In this document: positions 48,746-58,684 of the stretch, in pieces
Position numbering within the stretch: position 1 is the first letter of the stretch
Layout: every line of letters begins with the position of its first letter
Assembly: GCA_041664285.1 (NCBI GenBank)
Contig: JBAYLA010000002.1
Coordinates: 1,349 to 65,348, forward strand
DNA: 64,000 bases
Direction: 5' to 3'
Origin: Minisyncoccota bacterium
Lineage (GTDB): Bacteria > Patescibacteriota > Minisyncoccia > Phycocordibacterales > UBA9973
The notes under the pieces: generated by a model
Told to the model about the DNA's origin: nothing
The model's database searches: none
The model's input: only the letters and a program-made list of their open reading frames with translations
Program-made: the position numbers and the translations under genes

Positions 48746-50617
48746 ATGTGTGGGATTGTTGGATACATCGGAACAAAAGAAGCTTGGCCAATTTTAATTA
48801 AAGGACTAGAGCGATTAGAGTATCGTGGTTATGATTCGGCTGGAATTGCCTTGCTTGATAAAGGTAATTTTTCTGTTTATAAGAAAAAGGGGAAAGTTGC
48901 AGAATTATCTAAATTTATTAAAAATAAAAATAGTAATGAACTTTCAGGTGGAGTAGGTATCGCACACACACGTTGGGCAACCCATGGCATACCATCAGAT
49001 CTAAATTCTCATCCACATTTATCTAATGGAGGAGATATTGTGATAGTTCATAACGGTATCATTGAGAATTATCTTTCTATAAAAAAAGTATTAGTGAGTA
49101 AAGGGTATAAATTTAAAAGCGATACTGATACTGAGGTATTGGCCAATTTAATTGAAGATATAAAAAAACACGAAAAAGTTGCCATTGACGAAGCAGTGCG
49201 TCTTGCTTTGGCGGAAGTTATTGGAGCTTACGCAATCTTAGTTTTGTCTAAAAATGAACCGGAAACCATGGTAATAGCCAAAATGGGTAGCCCTGTTGTC
49301 ATCGGCATTGGTAAAGGTAAATCCAAAAGTGAATTTTTTGTGGCTTCTGACGCCACTCCTATCATTGAACATACGAATAAAGTAGTTTATTTAGAAGATG
49401 GAGAAATAGCCATCATAAATAAAAAAAATAAAAAACTTACTCTAAAAATAAAATCAATAAAAAACAATGGAATAAAAAATCCATATGTTCACATCTTAGA
49501 AACAAAAATCGAAGAATTAGAAAAAGGTGGTTTTCCACATTTTATGTTGAAAGAAATTTTTGATCAACCAGAATCCTTACGTAATACGATGCGAGGCCGG
49601 ATTGTTTTAAATAAAGGTAATATAAAATTTGGTGGATTGGAAAAATTTGAAAAAGAAATTAAAAATTTAAAACGTCTAACAATAACAGGTATGGGAACTG
49701 CTCGTTTTACTGGGCTCATAGGTGAATATGCCTTCGAGGAGTTGTCTAATATTCCAACGAAGGTAGAATATGGTTCAGAATTTACTTATCGTAATATTGC
49801 AGAACCATTAGATACTGGACTCATTGCTATTTCACAATCTGGAGAAACTGCTGATACATTAAACGCTATCAAAAAAGCAAAAAAAGAAAAGATGTTAACT
49901 TTAGGAGTGGTAAATGTCATTGGTTCAAGTATTGCTAGAGAAGTAGATGCTGGTATTTATAATCACGTTGGGCCAGAGACCGCAGTCGCCTCAACTAAAG
50001 CATCAACCTCCCAGGTGCTCCTCCTTATTATGCTTGCTCTTTATTTTGGAAGAATGCGTGGCCTCTCAAAATCAAAAGGTCAAGAAATTCTGAAAGAAAT
50101 AGAAAGGCTTCCTGCCCTTGTTGAAAAAATTCTAAAAAATGCAAAGTTAATTGAAAAATTAGCTAAAAAATATAAAAAATATAATAACTTTTTTATTCTC
50201 GGTAGAAAATATAATGCTGGCACTGCCATGGAGGGAGCTTTGAAAATGAAAGAATGTTCTTATATTCATGCTGAAGGATGTAATTCCGCAGAATTAAAAC
50301 ACGGTCCGATCTCTCTTATTGATAAGAATTTTCCATCCATTGTAATAGCGCCAATGGACAGTATGTATGAAAAAATGAAGAGTTCGATACAAGAAATTAA
50401 AGCTCGCGGAGGTTTAGTTATAGCTCTGACCACTGACGGGAATAAGGAATTAAAAAATATCGTTGATGATGTAATCTATATCCCGAAAACTCTTGAAATA
50501 TTAACTCCAATTTTAGCTTTTATCCCAATGCAACTTTTAGCATATTATATATCTACAGAGCGAGGGAATGACGTTGATAAACCTCGTAATTTAGCAAAAA
50601 GTGTGACCGTGGAATAA
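48746..50617 (+). CDS. glmS: glutamine--fructose-6-phosphate aminotransferase
   Basis: N-terminal MCGIVGYIG (Ntn Cys), two SIS domains, C-terminal ...KSVTVE. Confidence 0.95.
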   Translation: MCGIVGYIGTKEAWPILIKGLERLEYRGYDSAGIALLDKGNFSVYKKKGKVAELSKFIKNKNSNELSGGVGIAHTRWATHGIPSDLNSHPHLSNGGDIVIVHNGIIENYLSIKKVLVSKGYKFKSDTDTEVLANLIEDIKKHEKVAIDEAVRLALAEVIGAYAILVLSKNEPETMVIAKMGSPVVIGIGKGKSKSEFFVASDATPIIEHTNKVVYLEDGEIAIINKKNKKLTLKIKSIKNNGIKNPYVHILETKIEELEKGGFPHFMLKEIFDQPESLRNTMRGRIVLNKGNIKFGGLEKFEKEIKNLKRLTITGMGTARFTGLIGEYAFEELSNIPTKVEYGSEFTYRNIAEPLDTGLIAISQSGETADTLNAIKKAKKEKMLTLGVVNVIGSSIAREVDAGIYNHVGPETAVASTKASTSQVLLLIMLALYFGRMRGLSKSKGQEILKEIERLPALVEKILKNAKLIEKLAKKYKKYNNFFILGRKYNAGTAMEGALKMKECSYIHAEGCNSAELKHGPISLIDKNFPSIVIAPMDSMYEKMKSSIQEIKARGGLVIALTTDGNKELKNIVDDVIYIPKTLEILTPILAFIPMQLLAYYISTERGNDVDKPRNLAKSVTVE

Positions 50618-50634
50618 CTTACCTTTAATTTTTA

Positions 50635-52461
50635 ATGATTACTAACAAACAATTTCAAAAAATTTACGCTGAATCTATTCAAGACTCAGAAAAATTTTGG
50701 GCAAATGTTGCAGAAACGACGATTGAATGGTTTACAAAATGGGATAAAGTCTTAAAGTGGGAATTCCCAAATTATCAATGGTTTGTAGGAGGGAAATTAA
50801 ATGCTACTTATAATTGTTTAGATCGTCATGTTACAGCAGGGCTAGGAGAAAAAACTGCCTTAATTTATTTAAATGAAAACAACGAAAGAATAACAATTAA
50901 TTATCGGGATTTATTAAAACAGGTTAATAAATTTTCTAACGGGTTAAAATCATTGGGCGTAAAGAAAGGAGATCGGGTTTTGATTTATATGCCCTTGGTT
51001 ATTGAACAAATTATAGCCATGTTAGCTTGTGCTAGAATTGGCGCAATTCATAGTGTGGTATTCGCTGGATTTAGTGCTAATGCTTTACGTGAACGAGCAG
51101 AGAGCTTAAAAGCCAAAGTTGTTATTACGGCTACTTGGACTTTACGACGTGGAAAAAATAAATTATTAAAACCAGTTGCCGAAGAAGCAATAAAAGATTT
51201 GGAGTTTATAGAGAAACTGATAGTTTTAAATCGAGACGAGGAAAAAGTTAGCTCTGTGAATGAGCAGGAAATTGATTTCTATGATTTATTAAATCCGCAA
51301 AGCGATGTTTGTGAAGGAGAAATTATGGATAGTGGAGATCCCTTGTTTGTTCTTTATACTTCTGGTTCTACTGGTAAACCTAAAGGTATAGTACATACTA
51401 CTGGTGGATTTTTAGTCTACGCACAATATACTCTACAAACTGCTTTTGACATTAAGTCAGATGATATTTATTGGTGCACAGCAGACCCAGGATGGATAAC
51501 TGGTCATAGTTATGTAACTTATGGACCCTTATCTAAGGGTTTAACTGTTCTCTTAGTAGAAGGTGTTCCGGATTATCCCAAACCAGATAATTGGTATAAA
51601 ATTATTGAACAAGAAAAAGTTAATATTTTTTATACCTCACCTACCGCTCTGCGAATGCTTAAAAAATACGGAGAAGGGTATTGCAAGCAGCATGACCTTA
51701 GTTCACTGCGAATTTTAGGGACAGTTGGTGAGCCAATTAATCCCGAAGTTTGGAAATGGTATTACGAATTTATTGGTAATAAAAAATGTTCAATTGTTGA
51801 CACTTGGTGGCAAACTGAAACAGGTGGGCATATGATTATGACCTTACCGGGATTAGAAGAAAAACCTGGCGTAGCTGGTCTGCCTTTTTATGGGATTGAT
51901 GTTGCGATTATAAATCAAAATGGAGAAGAAATGCCGGTTAATGAAAAAGGATTTTTGGTAGTAAAAAAACCATGGCCCGGAGCTTTAGTTAATTGTTGGG
52001 AAAATTCGGATCGTTTTATTCAATATTGGAATGAGGTTGGTAAAGTATTTTTTACTGGAGATTTTGCTATTAAAGATGTGGACGGTTATATTCAAATTCT
52101 AGGTCGCAGTGATGATGTAATAAATATATCTGGTCATCGCATTGGAACTGCAGAAGTAGAAAACTTATTAGTTTCTTTTAATGGAATTGTTGAAGCGGCT
52201 GTAATTTCTAAACCCGATGAGCTTAAAGGGGAAAAGCTTAAGGCTTTCGTTGTGCTAAAATCAAATATAAAAGGTGATGACGTTTTGAAACTAAATATTC
52301 AAAAATATATAAAAATGGAAATTGCTTCATTTGCCGTGCCAGAAGAGATAGAATTCATAGCCAGTTTACCTAAAACTAGAAGTGGTAAGATTATGCGTCG
52401 AATACTTAAAGCGCAAGAATTAGGACAAGATGTTGGCGATTTAACAACTTTAGAAGATTAA
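50635..52461 (+). CDS. acs: acetyl-CoA synthetase-like AMP-forming ligase
   Basis: N-terminal FW..VA....W.....VL.WEFPNYQWFVGGKLNATYNCLDRH typical of Acs; AMP motif YTSGSTGKPKG; C-terminal PKTRSGKIMRR. Confidence 0.8.
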   Translation: MITNKQFQKIYAESIQDSEKFWANVAETTIEWFTKWDKVLKWEFPNYQWFVGGKLNATYNCLDRHVTAGLGEKTALIYLNENNERITINYRDLLKQVNKFSNGLKSLGVKKGDRVLIYMPLVIEQIIAMLACARIGAIHSVVFAGFSANALRERAESLKAKVVITATWTLRRGKNKLLKPVAEEAIKDLEFIEKLIVLNRDEEKVSSVNEQEIDFYDLLNPQSDVCEGEIMDSGDPLFVLYTSGSTGKPKGIVHTTGGFLVYAQYTLQTAFDIKSDDIYWCTADPGWITGHSYVTYGPLSKGLTVLLVEGVPDYPKPDNWYKIIEQEKVNIFYTSPTALRMLKKYGEGYCKQHDLSSLRILGTVGEPINPEVWKWYYEFIGNKKCSIVDTWWQTETGGHMIMTLPGLEEKPGVAGLPFYGIDVAIINQNGEEMPVNEKGFLVVKKPWPGALVNCWENSDRFIQYWNEVGKVFFTGDFAIKDVDGYIQILGRSDDVINISGHRIGTAEVENLLVSFNGIVEAAVISKPDELKGEKLKAFVVLKSNIKGDDVLKLNIQKYIKMEIASFAVPEEIEFIASLPKTRSGKIMRRILKAQELGQDVGDLTTLED

Positions 52462-52465
52462 AATT

Positions 52466-53053
52466 ATGGAAATTATTCCACAAACAGATTTAAAAAAATT
52501 ATCATTTCCATTACCAATTTATCAAACTATTGAAATTGGTGAGGCTATTAGTAGAGATGGAGAACATTTTTATATCTTTGTCGGATTGAATAAAGAAATG
52601 GTCATACAGCTTAAAACTTTATCCTTAGATGGAAATGATATTGATCTACAGAAAAATACTGTAGATAAAAATCGTTTTGGAAAAGGATCTTATGAAGACT
52701 GGTATAGAAAAAATCGTACTCCTTTTGTTCTTGTTCACAAAAATACAAATGCCTTAGCTGCTTTAGTTTGGTTTGGGCCAGACTCATTACCTGAACATGA
52801 AGGTAACTGGCACACATCTGCATGGCGTTCGTATATACCTTTTCGAGGAAAAGGATTAATAAAAGAATTTTTAGCTTTTTCAATAAATACTTATTTCAAA
52901 AATGCTCCTCATGTTAAGCTTTGGGCTCGTATCAAGAGCGAAAATATTACTAGTGAAAAACTAGTTGAAGGATTAGGTTTTAAACTATTAGAAAAACTGT
53001 CCAATAATAATTCTCATTATCTTGTTCTGGTTAATAATTTAGAATTAGTATAA
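52466..53053 (+). CDS. GNAT-fold acetyltransferase-like protein (195 aa)
   Basis: motif A-like FRGKGLIKEFLAF and C-terminal ...LVEGLGFKLLEK; weak. Confidence 0.35.
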   Translation: MEIIPQTDLKKLSFPLPIYQTIEIGEAISRDGEHFYIFVGLNKEMVIQLKTLSLDGNDIDLQKNTVDKNRFGKGSYEDWYRKNRTPFVLVHKNTNALAALVWFGPDSLPEHEGNWHTSAWRSYIPFRGKGLIKEFLAFSINTYFKNAPHVKLWARIKSENITSEKLVEGLGFKLLEKLSNNNSHYLVLVNNLELV

Positions 53054-53062
53054 TATACCTAT

Positions 53063-55975
53063 ATGATTTCTCGGATATATGTGACACCTAAAGGAAAAGT
53101 TAATTTCATTAATTCTTATCTAATTTCACACAAATTAGGAAATGAAAAAATCAGTAAAATTGCTGAGGCTTTAACTAACTCTATCCTTGAAGATTTTTCT
53201 ATAAATAAATTTCCCTCGGTTAAAGGATTTACTTATGCTATTGAAATAGGATTTAAGCCTGGGGTTACAGACAATGTCGGACATACAGTCAAAGAAACCA
53301 TCACTGACTTGCTGCATCTTAAAAATAATTCTGATTTAGCTGTTTATACTTCTAAAATTTTTTTAATCTACGATCATGTAAATGAAGATAAGGTAAAAGA
53401 AATTGCTTTTTCTTTACACAATCCTTTAATTGAACGTTCTTATATTGCAAGTTTTAAAGAAATAAAGAAAAAAAATGGTTTTCCTTTAAAAGTTCCTGAG
53501 GTAATTTTTAAAAAAACTATTCCCGTTATTAAAGTACCGCTTTCAAAAATGACAGACGAAGAATTAGAACAAATTGGGAAAATGGGAATAATGGAAAACA
53601 ATGGCCTACATCGTGGGCCACTTGCTCTTGATTTATCGTCGATGAAAGTAATCAAAGAGCATTTCAAAAAATTAAAAAGGGAACCAACTGATATTGAAAT
53701 TGAATCATTGGCGCAAACTTGGTCTGAACATTGTAAACATACTATTTTCGCGAATCCAATTGATGATATAAAAGATGGTTTATACAAAACATATATTAAA
53801 GGTGCCACTAATCTAATTAGAAAAAATAAAAAGAAAAAAGATTTTTGTGTTTCTGTATTTAATGATAATTCTGGTGGAATAGTTTTTGATAAAAATTATT
53901 TAATAACGCATAAAGTAGAAACACATAACAGTCCTTCAGCCTTGGATCCTTTCGGTGGAGCAATTACCGGAATTGTGGGCGTAAATCGAGATACGATTGG
54001 TTTTGGGCTAGGGGCCAAGCCGGTGGCTAATGTTTATGGTTTTTGTTTTGGTAATCCGTACGACACAAGACCACTTTTCCGCGACAAAGATTTAAAAAAC
54101 AAAATGTTATTACCTAAACGCATTATGGAAGGTGTGATAAAGGGTATAAATGTTGGTGGAAATTGTTCTGGCATCCCAACTCTTTCTGGTTTTGTTCATT
54201 ATGATGATAGATACAGGGGCAAGCCTTTAGTTTTTGCTGGTACTGTAGGGATTATTCCAAGAAAAATTAATGGAAAATTTTCACATCTCAAAAAAGCGCG
54301 AAAAGGGGACTATGTGGTAGTGGTAGGGGGAAGAGTTGGAGCAGATGGAATTCACGGGGCAACATTTTCTTCTGTTGCTATGGACTCAAATTCTCCGGCA
54401 ACCGCCGTGCAAATCGGAGATCCAATCACTCAGAAAAAATTAAGTGATGCTATAGTAAAAGAAGCACGAGATATGAATTTATATAACAGTATTACAGACA
54501 ATGGAGCTGGAGGAATTTCTTGTTCAGTAGCAGAAATGGCAAAAGAGTGCGGGGGAGTAAAAGTTTATTTAGAAAAAGTTCCGCTAAAATATCCTGGTCT
54601 TCGTCCTTGGGAAATTTGGATTTCAGAATCACAAGAACGGATGACTCTCGCAGTCCCAAAAGGAAAATGGGAAGTTTTTCATAAATTAATGGAAAGTCGT
54701 GGAGTAGAAGCTTTTGTTATAGGAGAGTTCACAAATTCTGGAAAAGCTGTCGTTCAATGGAAAGGAAAAACAATAATGGATATAGATATGGAATTTTTAC
54801 ATAATGGGCTTCCTAAACACATGCTGACAACGGCTCCAGTTGTTTATAAAAATACTGAGCCAATACTGAAGATACAAAAATCTTATACAGAAATTTTAGA
54901 AAAATTACTTGGAAATAAAAATATCAATGGATTTTCTTTCATTTCCGAACAATATGATCACGAAGTTCAAGGATCTTCGGTGCTAAAACCCCTCTCGGGA
55001 GCTGGCCGTATAAATACCGATGCGCAAGTTTTTAGTCCAGTTTTAAATTCAAATAAAGGAGTTGTACTAGCTTCCAGTGTTTATCCTTCCTATGGAGATA
55101 TCAGTACTTATCATATGGCCGCTTGTGCTATTGATACCGCAATTAGAAACATTATATCTGCGGGTGGAACACTTTCAGAGCTGGCTATTTTAGATAATTT
55201 CTGTTGGTGCTCATCATATGATCAAAAACGCCTAAAACAGCTTGTAGGTGCAGTAAAAGCTTGTTATGACTATGCTATAGGCTATGGTACACCATTTATT
55301 TCCGGCAAAGATAGTATGTTTAATGATTTTAAAGGTTATGATGAAAAAGGGAATTTTGTGGCTATCTCTATACCACCCACCCTTCTCATTTCCGCCATTA
55401 GCATAATGCCAAATATTTCTAAAACTGTTTCTCCTGAGTTTAAAAATAGTGGTGATGTAATTTATTTACTAGGAGAAACATATGATGAATTGGGTGGAGG
55501 AGAATATTTCAAAATGTTAAATTTTATTGGCAACAATGTACCCAAGGTTAATTTAAAGAAAAATCTAAAAACTTATCGAGTTGCCGAACGGCTTATTTCG
55601 GACGAATTGATCCGTTCGACCATTTCCGTAGCTTCTGGAGGACTGGGAATTGCACTAGCGAAAGCCTGCGTTGGTGGAATGATCGGATGTAAAATATCTC
55701 TTGAGAAATTAGTAGGCAACGCAAAGTCTACAGATGTAAAGCTTTTCTCTGAAAGTCAGGGCAGAATTCTTGTATCTGTTGCTCCAAAAAATATAAAACA
55801 ATTTGAGAAAATAATAAAAGATATTCCTTGTACTAAATTAGGTAAAACCACAAAAGATGGAAAAGTTATTGTTCTAGATGAAAAGCTTGCCCGTCGTGGT
55901 GGGAAAAAGATGATTGAAACAACTGTTAAAAAATTACATGGTATTTACCACAGTTTTTCAAATAGTATGAAGTAA
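53063..55975 (+). CDS. purL: phosphoribosylformylglycinamidine synthase II with N-terminal PurS-like domain (PurS-PurL fusion, 970 aa)
   Basis: N-terminal ~90 aa with GFKPGVTDNVGHTVKE resembling PurS; remainder has PurL AIR-synthase-related N and C domain repeats. Confidence 0.8.
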   Translation: MISRIYVTPKGKVNFINSYLISHKLGNEKISKIAEALTNSILEDFSINKFPSVKGFTYAIEIGFKPGVTDNVGHTVKETITDLLHLKNNSDLAVYTSKIFLIYDHVNEDKVKEIAFSLHNPLIERSYIASFKEIKKKNGFPLKVPEVIFKKTIPVIKVPLSKMTDEELEQIGKMGIMENNGLHRGPLALDLSSMKVIKEHFKKLKREPTDIEIESLAQTWSEHCKHTIFANPIDDIKDGLYKTYIKGATNLIRKNKKKKDFCVSVFNDNSGGIVFDKNYLITHKVETHNSPSALDPFGGAITGIVGVNRDTIGFGLGAKPVANVYGFCFGNPYDTRPLFRDKDLKNKMLLPKRIMEGVIKGINVGGNCSGIPTLSGFVHYDDRYRGKPLVFAGTVGIIPRKINGKFSHLKKARKGDYVVVVGGRVGADGIHGATFSSVAMDSNSPATAVQIGDPITQKKLSDAIVKEARDMNLYNSITDNGAGGISCSVAEMAKECGGVKVYLEKVPLKYPGLRPWEIWISESQERMTLAVPKGKWEVFHKLMESRGVEAFVIGEFTNSGKAVVQWKGKTIMDIDMEFLHNGLPKHMLTTAPVVYKNTEPILKIQKSYTEILEKLLGNKNINGFSFISEQYDHEVQGSSVLKPLSGAGRINTDAQVFSPVLNSNKGVVLASSVYPSYGDISTYHMAACAIDTAIRNIISAGGTLSELAILDNFCWCSSYDQKRLKQLVGAVKACYDYAIGYGTPFISGKDSMFNDFKGYDEKGNFVAISIPPTLLISAISIMPNISKTVSPEFKNSGDVIYLLGETYDELGGGEYFKMLNFIGNNVPKVNLKKNLKTYRVAERLISDELIRSTISVASGGLGIALAKACVGGMIGCKISLEKLVGNAKSTDVKLFSESQGRILVSVAPKNIKQFEKIIKDIPCTKLGKTTKDGKVIVLDEKLARRGGKKMIETTVKKLHGIYHSFSNSMK

Positions 55976-56025
55976 GCCAATATCAGCCATGGCGTATATG
56001 ATAATTTAGAGATGTATATATAATT

Positions 56026-57756
56026 ATGAAAGAAGAAATAAAAACACAATCTACGATATGCCAGAATTGCAAAAAGAACTTTGCCATAGACGTGGAAGAT
56101 TTTAATTTTTATGAAAAAATAAAAGTTTCACCACCTACTTTTTGTCCGGAATGCAGAATGCAAAGACGATTTGGCTATAGAAACGAACGTACTCTTTATC
56201 GTCGTAAGTGTGCCTTAACTGGTAAAGATGTTATTTCTTGCTTTGCGCCAGAAGTCCCTTTTAAAGTTATTGATCGTGATTTATGGTGGGGAGATAATTG
56301 GAACGAACTTGAAAGTGGTCGTGATTATGATTTTTCTAAATCATTTTTTGAACAATTTCATAAGCTTATGCAAGAAACTTACATGCCTGCACTTTTTATC
56401 GGCAAATGCGTGAATACAAAATATGGCAATCATATTGGCGAATTTAAAAATGCTTATCTTGTTTCTGCTTCGTGGATGGGAGAAGACATAATGTATGCTT
56501 CTCGTTGTAATTCTTGTAAAAATTCACTTGATATGTTCTCAACTTTTGAATGTCAGTTTTGTTATGGAGATATAGCTTGTATAAAATGCAACACCGTCTA
56601 TTTTTCAGAATACGCAACAGCTTGTTCGAGTTCAGCATTCCTTTATAATTGTCGTGGATGTATGGACTGTTTTTTGTGTTCAAATTTACGAAATAAACAA
56701 AATTGTTTTATGAACGAACAACTTTCTAAAGAGGAGTATAAAAAGCGTTTAGAAGAATACGAAATTGGTACTTGGTCTGGACTACAAAAAGCAAAAAATG
56801 CTTTCGAAAATCTAAAAAAAGAAACGATAAGGCGTTATGCGATAGTAATAAACTCTCAAAATGTGACTGGTGACAATATCACCAATGCCTTTAATCTTAA
56901 ACAATGTTTTGACGTAGCTAATCATATAAAAGATTGTTGTTATATTACAAACTCTCTTGATCGAGTTGAAGATTGTTATGATGGGCATGGTTTGGCTTCT
57001 ATTACCACCGGTCTAGAAATGATTGATACAGGAGACGAAGCTGGGCGTTGTTTCTTTGTGGCGACGGTGTGGGGAAGTCAAGATATGTGGTATTCATATA
57101 ATTGTCACAGCTGTAATAATTGTTTTGGTTGTGTGTGTTTAAAGAAAAAGTCTTATTGTGTTTTTAATAAACAATATTCAAAAGAAGAATATTTAATTTT
57201 AAAAGACAAAATTATTGAACAAATGAAAAAAGTACCTTTTATCGATAAAAAAGGGCGTATACATTCTTTCGGTGATTATTTTCCTGTAGAGCTTTCACCC
57301 TTTGCATATAATAAAACTATTGCCCAAGATTATTTTCCTAAGAGTAAAGAGGAAATAGAAAAAGAAGGTTGGTTTTTTGCAGAAATGAAACAAAGTGAAT
57401 ATACTATAACAAAACGTGAAAAAGATATTCCCGATTCAATTAATGATATTCAGGATTCTTTTGTTAACGAAGTTATTGAATGTACAATGTGTAAAAAAGC
57501 TTTTCGGGTAATGGAAAATGAACTTATTTATTTACGTAAGTTTGGTATTGCTGTTCCACGTTATTGTTTTGAGTGCCGCCACTTAGAAAGATTTTCAATG
57601 GTGAATTTACCAAGACTGTACCATAGACAATGTATGTGCGATAAGGAAAATCATAATCATGATGGAAATTGTATTAATAAATTTGAAACAAGCTACGCAC
57701 CCGATCGACCAGAGATAGTGTATTGTGAAAAATGTTACCAACAAGAAGTTTACTAG
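56026..57756 (+). CDS. large cysteine-rich protein of unknown function (paralog B, 576 aa), inserted between purL and purQ
   Basis: paralog of 10813..12522 (see there); no signal peptide. Confidence 0.8.
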   Translation: MKEEIKTQSTICQNCKKNFAIDVEDFNFYEKIKVSPPTFCPECRMQRRFGYRNERTLYRRKCALTGKDVISCFAPEVPFKVIDRDLWWGDNWNELESGRDYDFSKSFFEQFHKLMQETYMPALFIGKCVNTKYGNHIGEFKNAYLVSASWMGEDIMYASRCNSCKNSLDMFSTFECQFCYGDIACIKCNTVYFSEYATACSSSAFLYNCRGCMDCFLCSNLRNKQNCFMNEQLSKEEYKKRLEEYEIGTWSGLQKAKNAFENLKKETIRRYAIVINSQNVTGDNITNAFNLKQCFDVANHIKDCCYITNSLDRVEDCYDGHGLASITTGLEMIDTGDEAGRCFFVATVWGSQDMWYSYNCHSCNNCFGCVCLKKKSYCVFNKQYSKEEYLILKDKIIEQMKKVPFIDKKGRIHSFGDYFPVELSPFAYNKTIAQDYFPKSKEEIEKEGWFFAEMKQSEYTITKREKDIPDSINDIQDSFVNEVIECTMCKKAFRVMENELIYLRKFGIAVPRYCFECRHLERFSMVNLPRLYHRQCMCDKENHNHDGNCINKFETSYAPDRPEIVYCEKCYQQEVY

Positions 57757-57838
57757 CGTCGCACTTTAGTCGCATTTTAAAGGAGAATGCGACATGATTC
57801 AGCAGAATCAATTGCGCGACATGATTTCGTAAAATCAA
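57757..57838 (+). promoter_or_regulatory. cluster of GTCGCA / TGCGAC repeats upstream of purQ (possible operator)
   Basis: CGTCGCAC-TTTA-GTCGCATTTT...AATGCGACATGATT...TTGCGCGACATGATT: two direct plus two inverted copies, and GCGACATGATT repeated twice. Confidence 0.35.
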
Positions 57839-58681
57839 ATGAAAAAAACAAAAGTAAAAATACATTCGAAAATTTCAGTACCTACGGCTAAAAAGCCTCG
57901 GATCATAATAATGTCAGGATACGGACTTAATTGTGAAGAAGAAACAAAATTCGCTTTTGAGTGGGCGGGCACTAAAAAGAATGTTCTTGCGGATATTGTT
58001 CACATTAACGATTTAATAAAAAAACCAAAAATACTTTCAACTTACGATATTCTTGTTTTTCCTGGTGGATTTTCTTATGGAGATGACACTGGTAGTGGGA
58101 AAGCTTACGCAAATAAGTTTAAAAATCATCTTAGTAAAGAACTTGGAGAATTTTTATCTCGAGATACTCTCGCCATAGGCATATGTAATGGATTTCAAAT
58201 TATGACCAATTTAGGAATTTTGCCTGGTGGTCTAACTTATAATAAGAATGGAAAATACATAGACCGTTGGGTTGATTTAGAAATAGTGAGTTCCCCCCGC
58301 CATGACGAGACAAGTAGTCCTTGGCTTAAGGGGATTAAGGCAATATCTTTACCAATAGCGCACGGAGAGGGAAATTATGTAATAAACGAAAAAAATTATA
58401 AAAATTTAAAGAAAAATAATCAAGTAGCCTTTACTTATGTAAAAGGTGAAATAACTAAATTCCAAAATCTAGACTATAACCCAAATGGTTCAGATTTTTG
58501 CATTGCTGGAGTTTTGGCATATAATGGGAGAGTCCTTGGAATGATGCCTCATCCGGAGCGTGCGATGTTCGCTCATCAAAGTCCCTTATGGCAAATTAAT
58601 AAAAACAAACAAAAGGAGGGTGCTGGATTACAAATTTTTAAAAATGCAATTAATTACTTTAAAAAAAATACTGAAACATAA
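57839..58681 (+). CDS. purQ: phosphoribosylformylglycinamidine synthase I (glutaminase subunit)
   Basis: class I GATase triad context ICNGFQIM and HPER; 280 aa. Confidence 0.85.
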   Translation: MKKTKVKIHSKISVPTAKKPRIIIMSGYGLNCEEETKFAFEWAGTKKNVLADIVHINDLIKKPKILSTYDILVFPGGFSYGDDTGSGKAYANKFKNHLSKELGEFLSRDTLAIGICNGFQIMTNLGILPGGLTYNKNGKYIDRWVDLEIVSSPRHDETSSPWLKGIKAISLPIAHGEGNYVINEKNYKNLKKNNQVAFTYVKGEITKFQNLDYNPNGSDFCIAGVLAYNGRVLGMMPHPERAMFAHQSPLWQINKNKQKEGAGLQIFKNAINYFKKNTET

Positions 58682-58684
58682 TTT

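Noticed and set aside
57790-57894. 34-codon ORF (MRHDSAESIARHDFVKSNEK...) in the purQ upstream spacer as a leader peptide
   Set aside because: Its ATG is only 2 nt after the putative SD and it runs out of frame into purQ; more likely the repeats are an operator or hairpin
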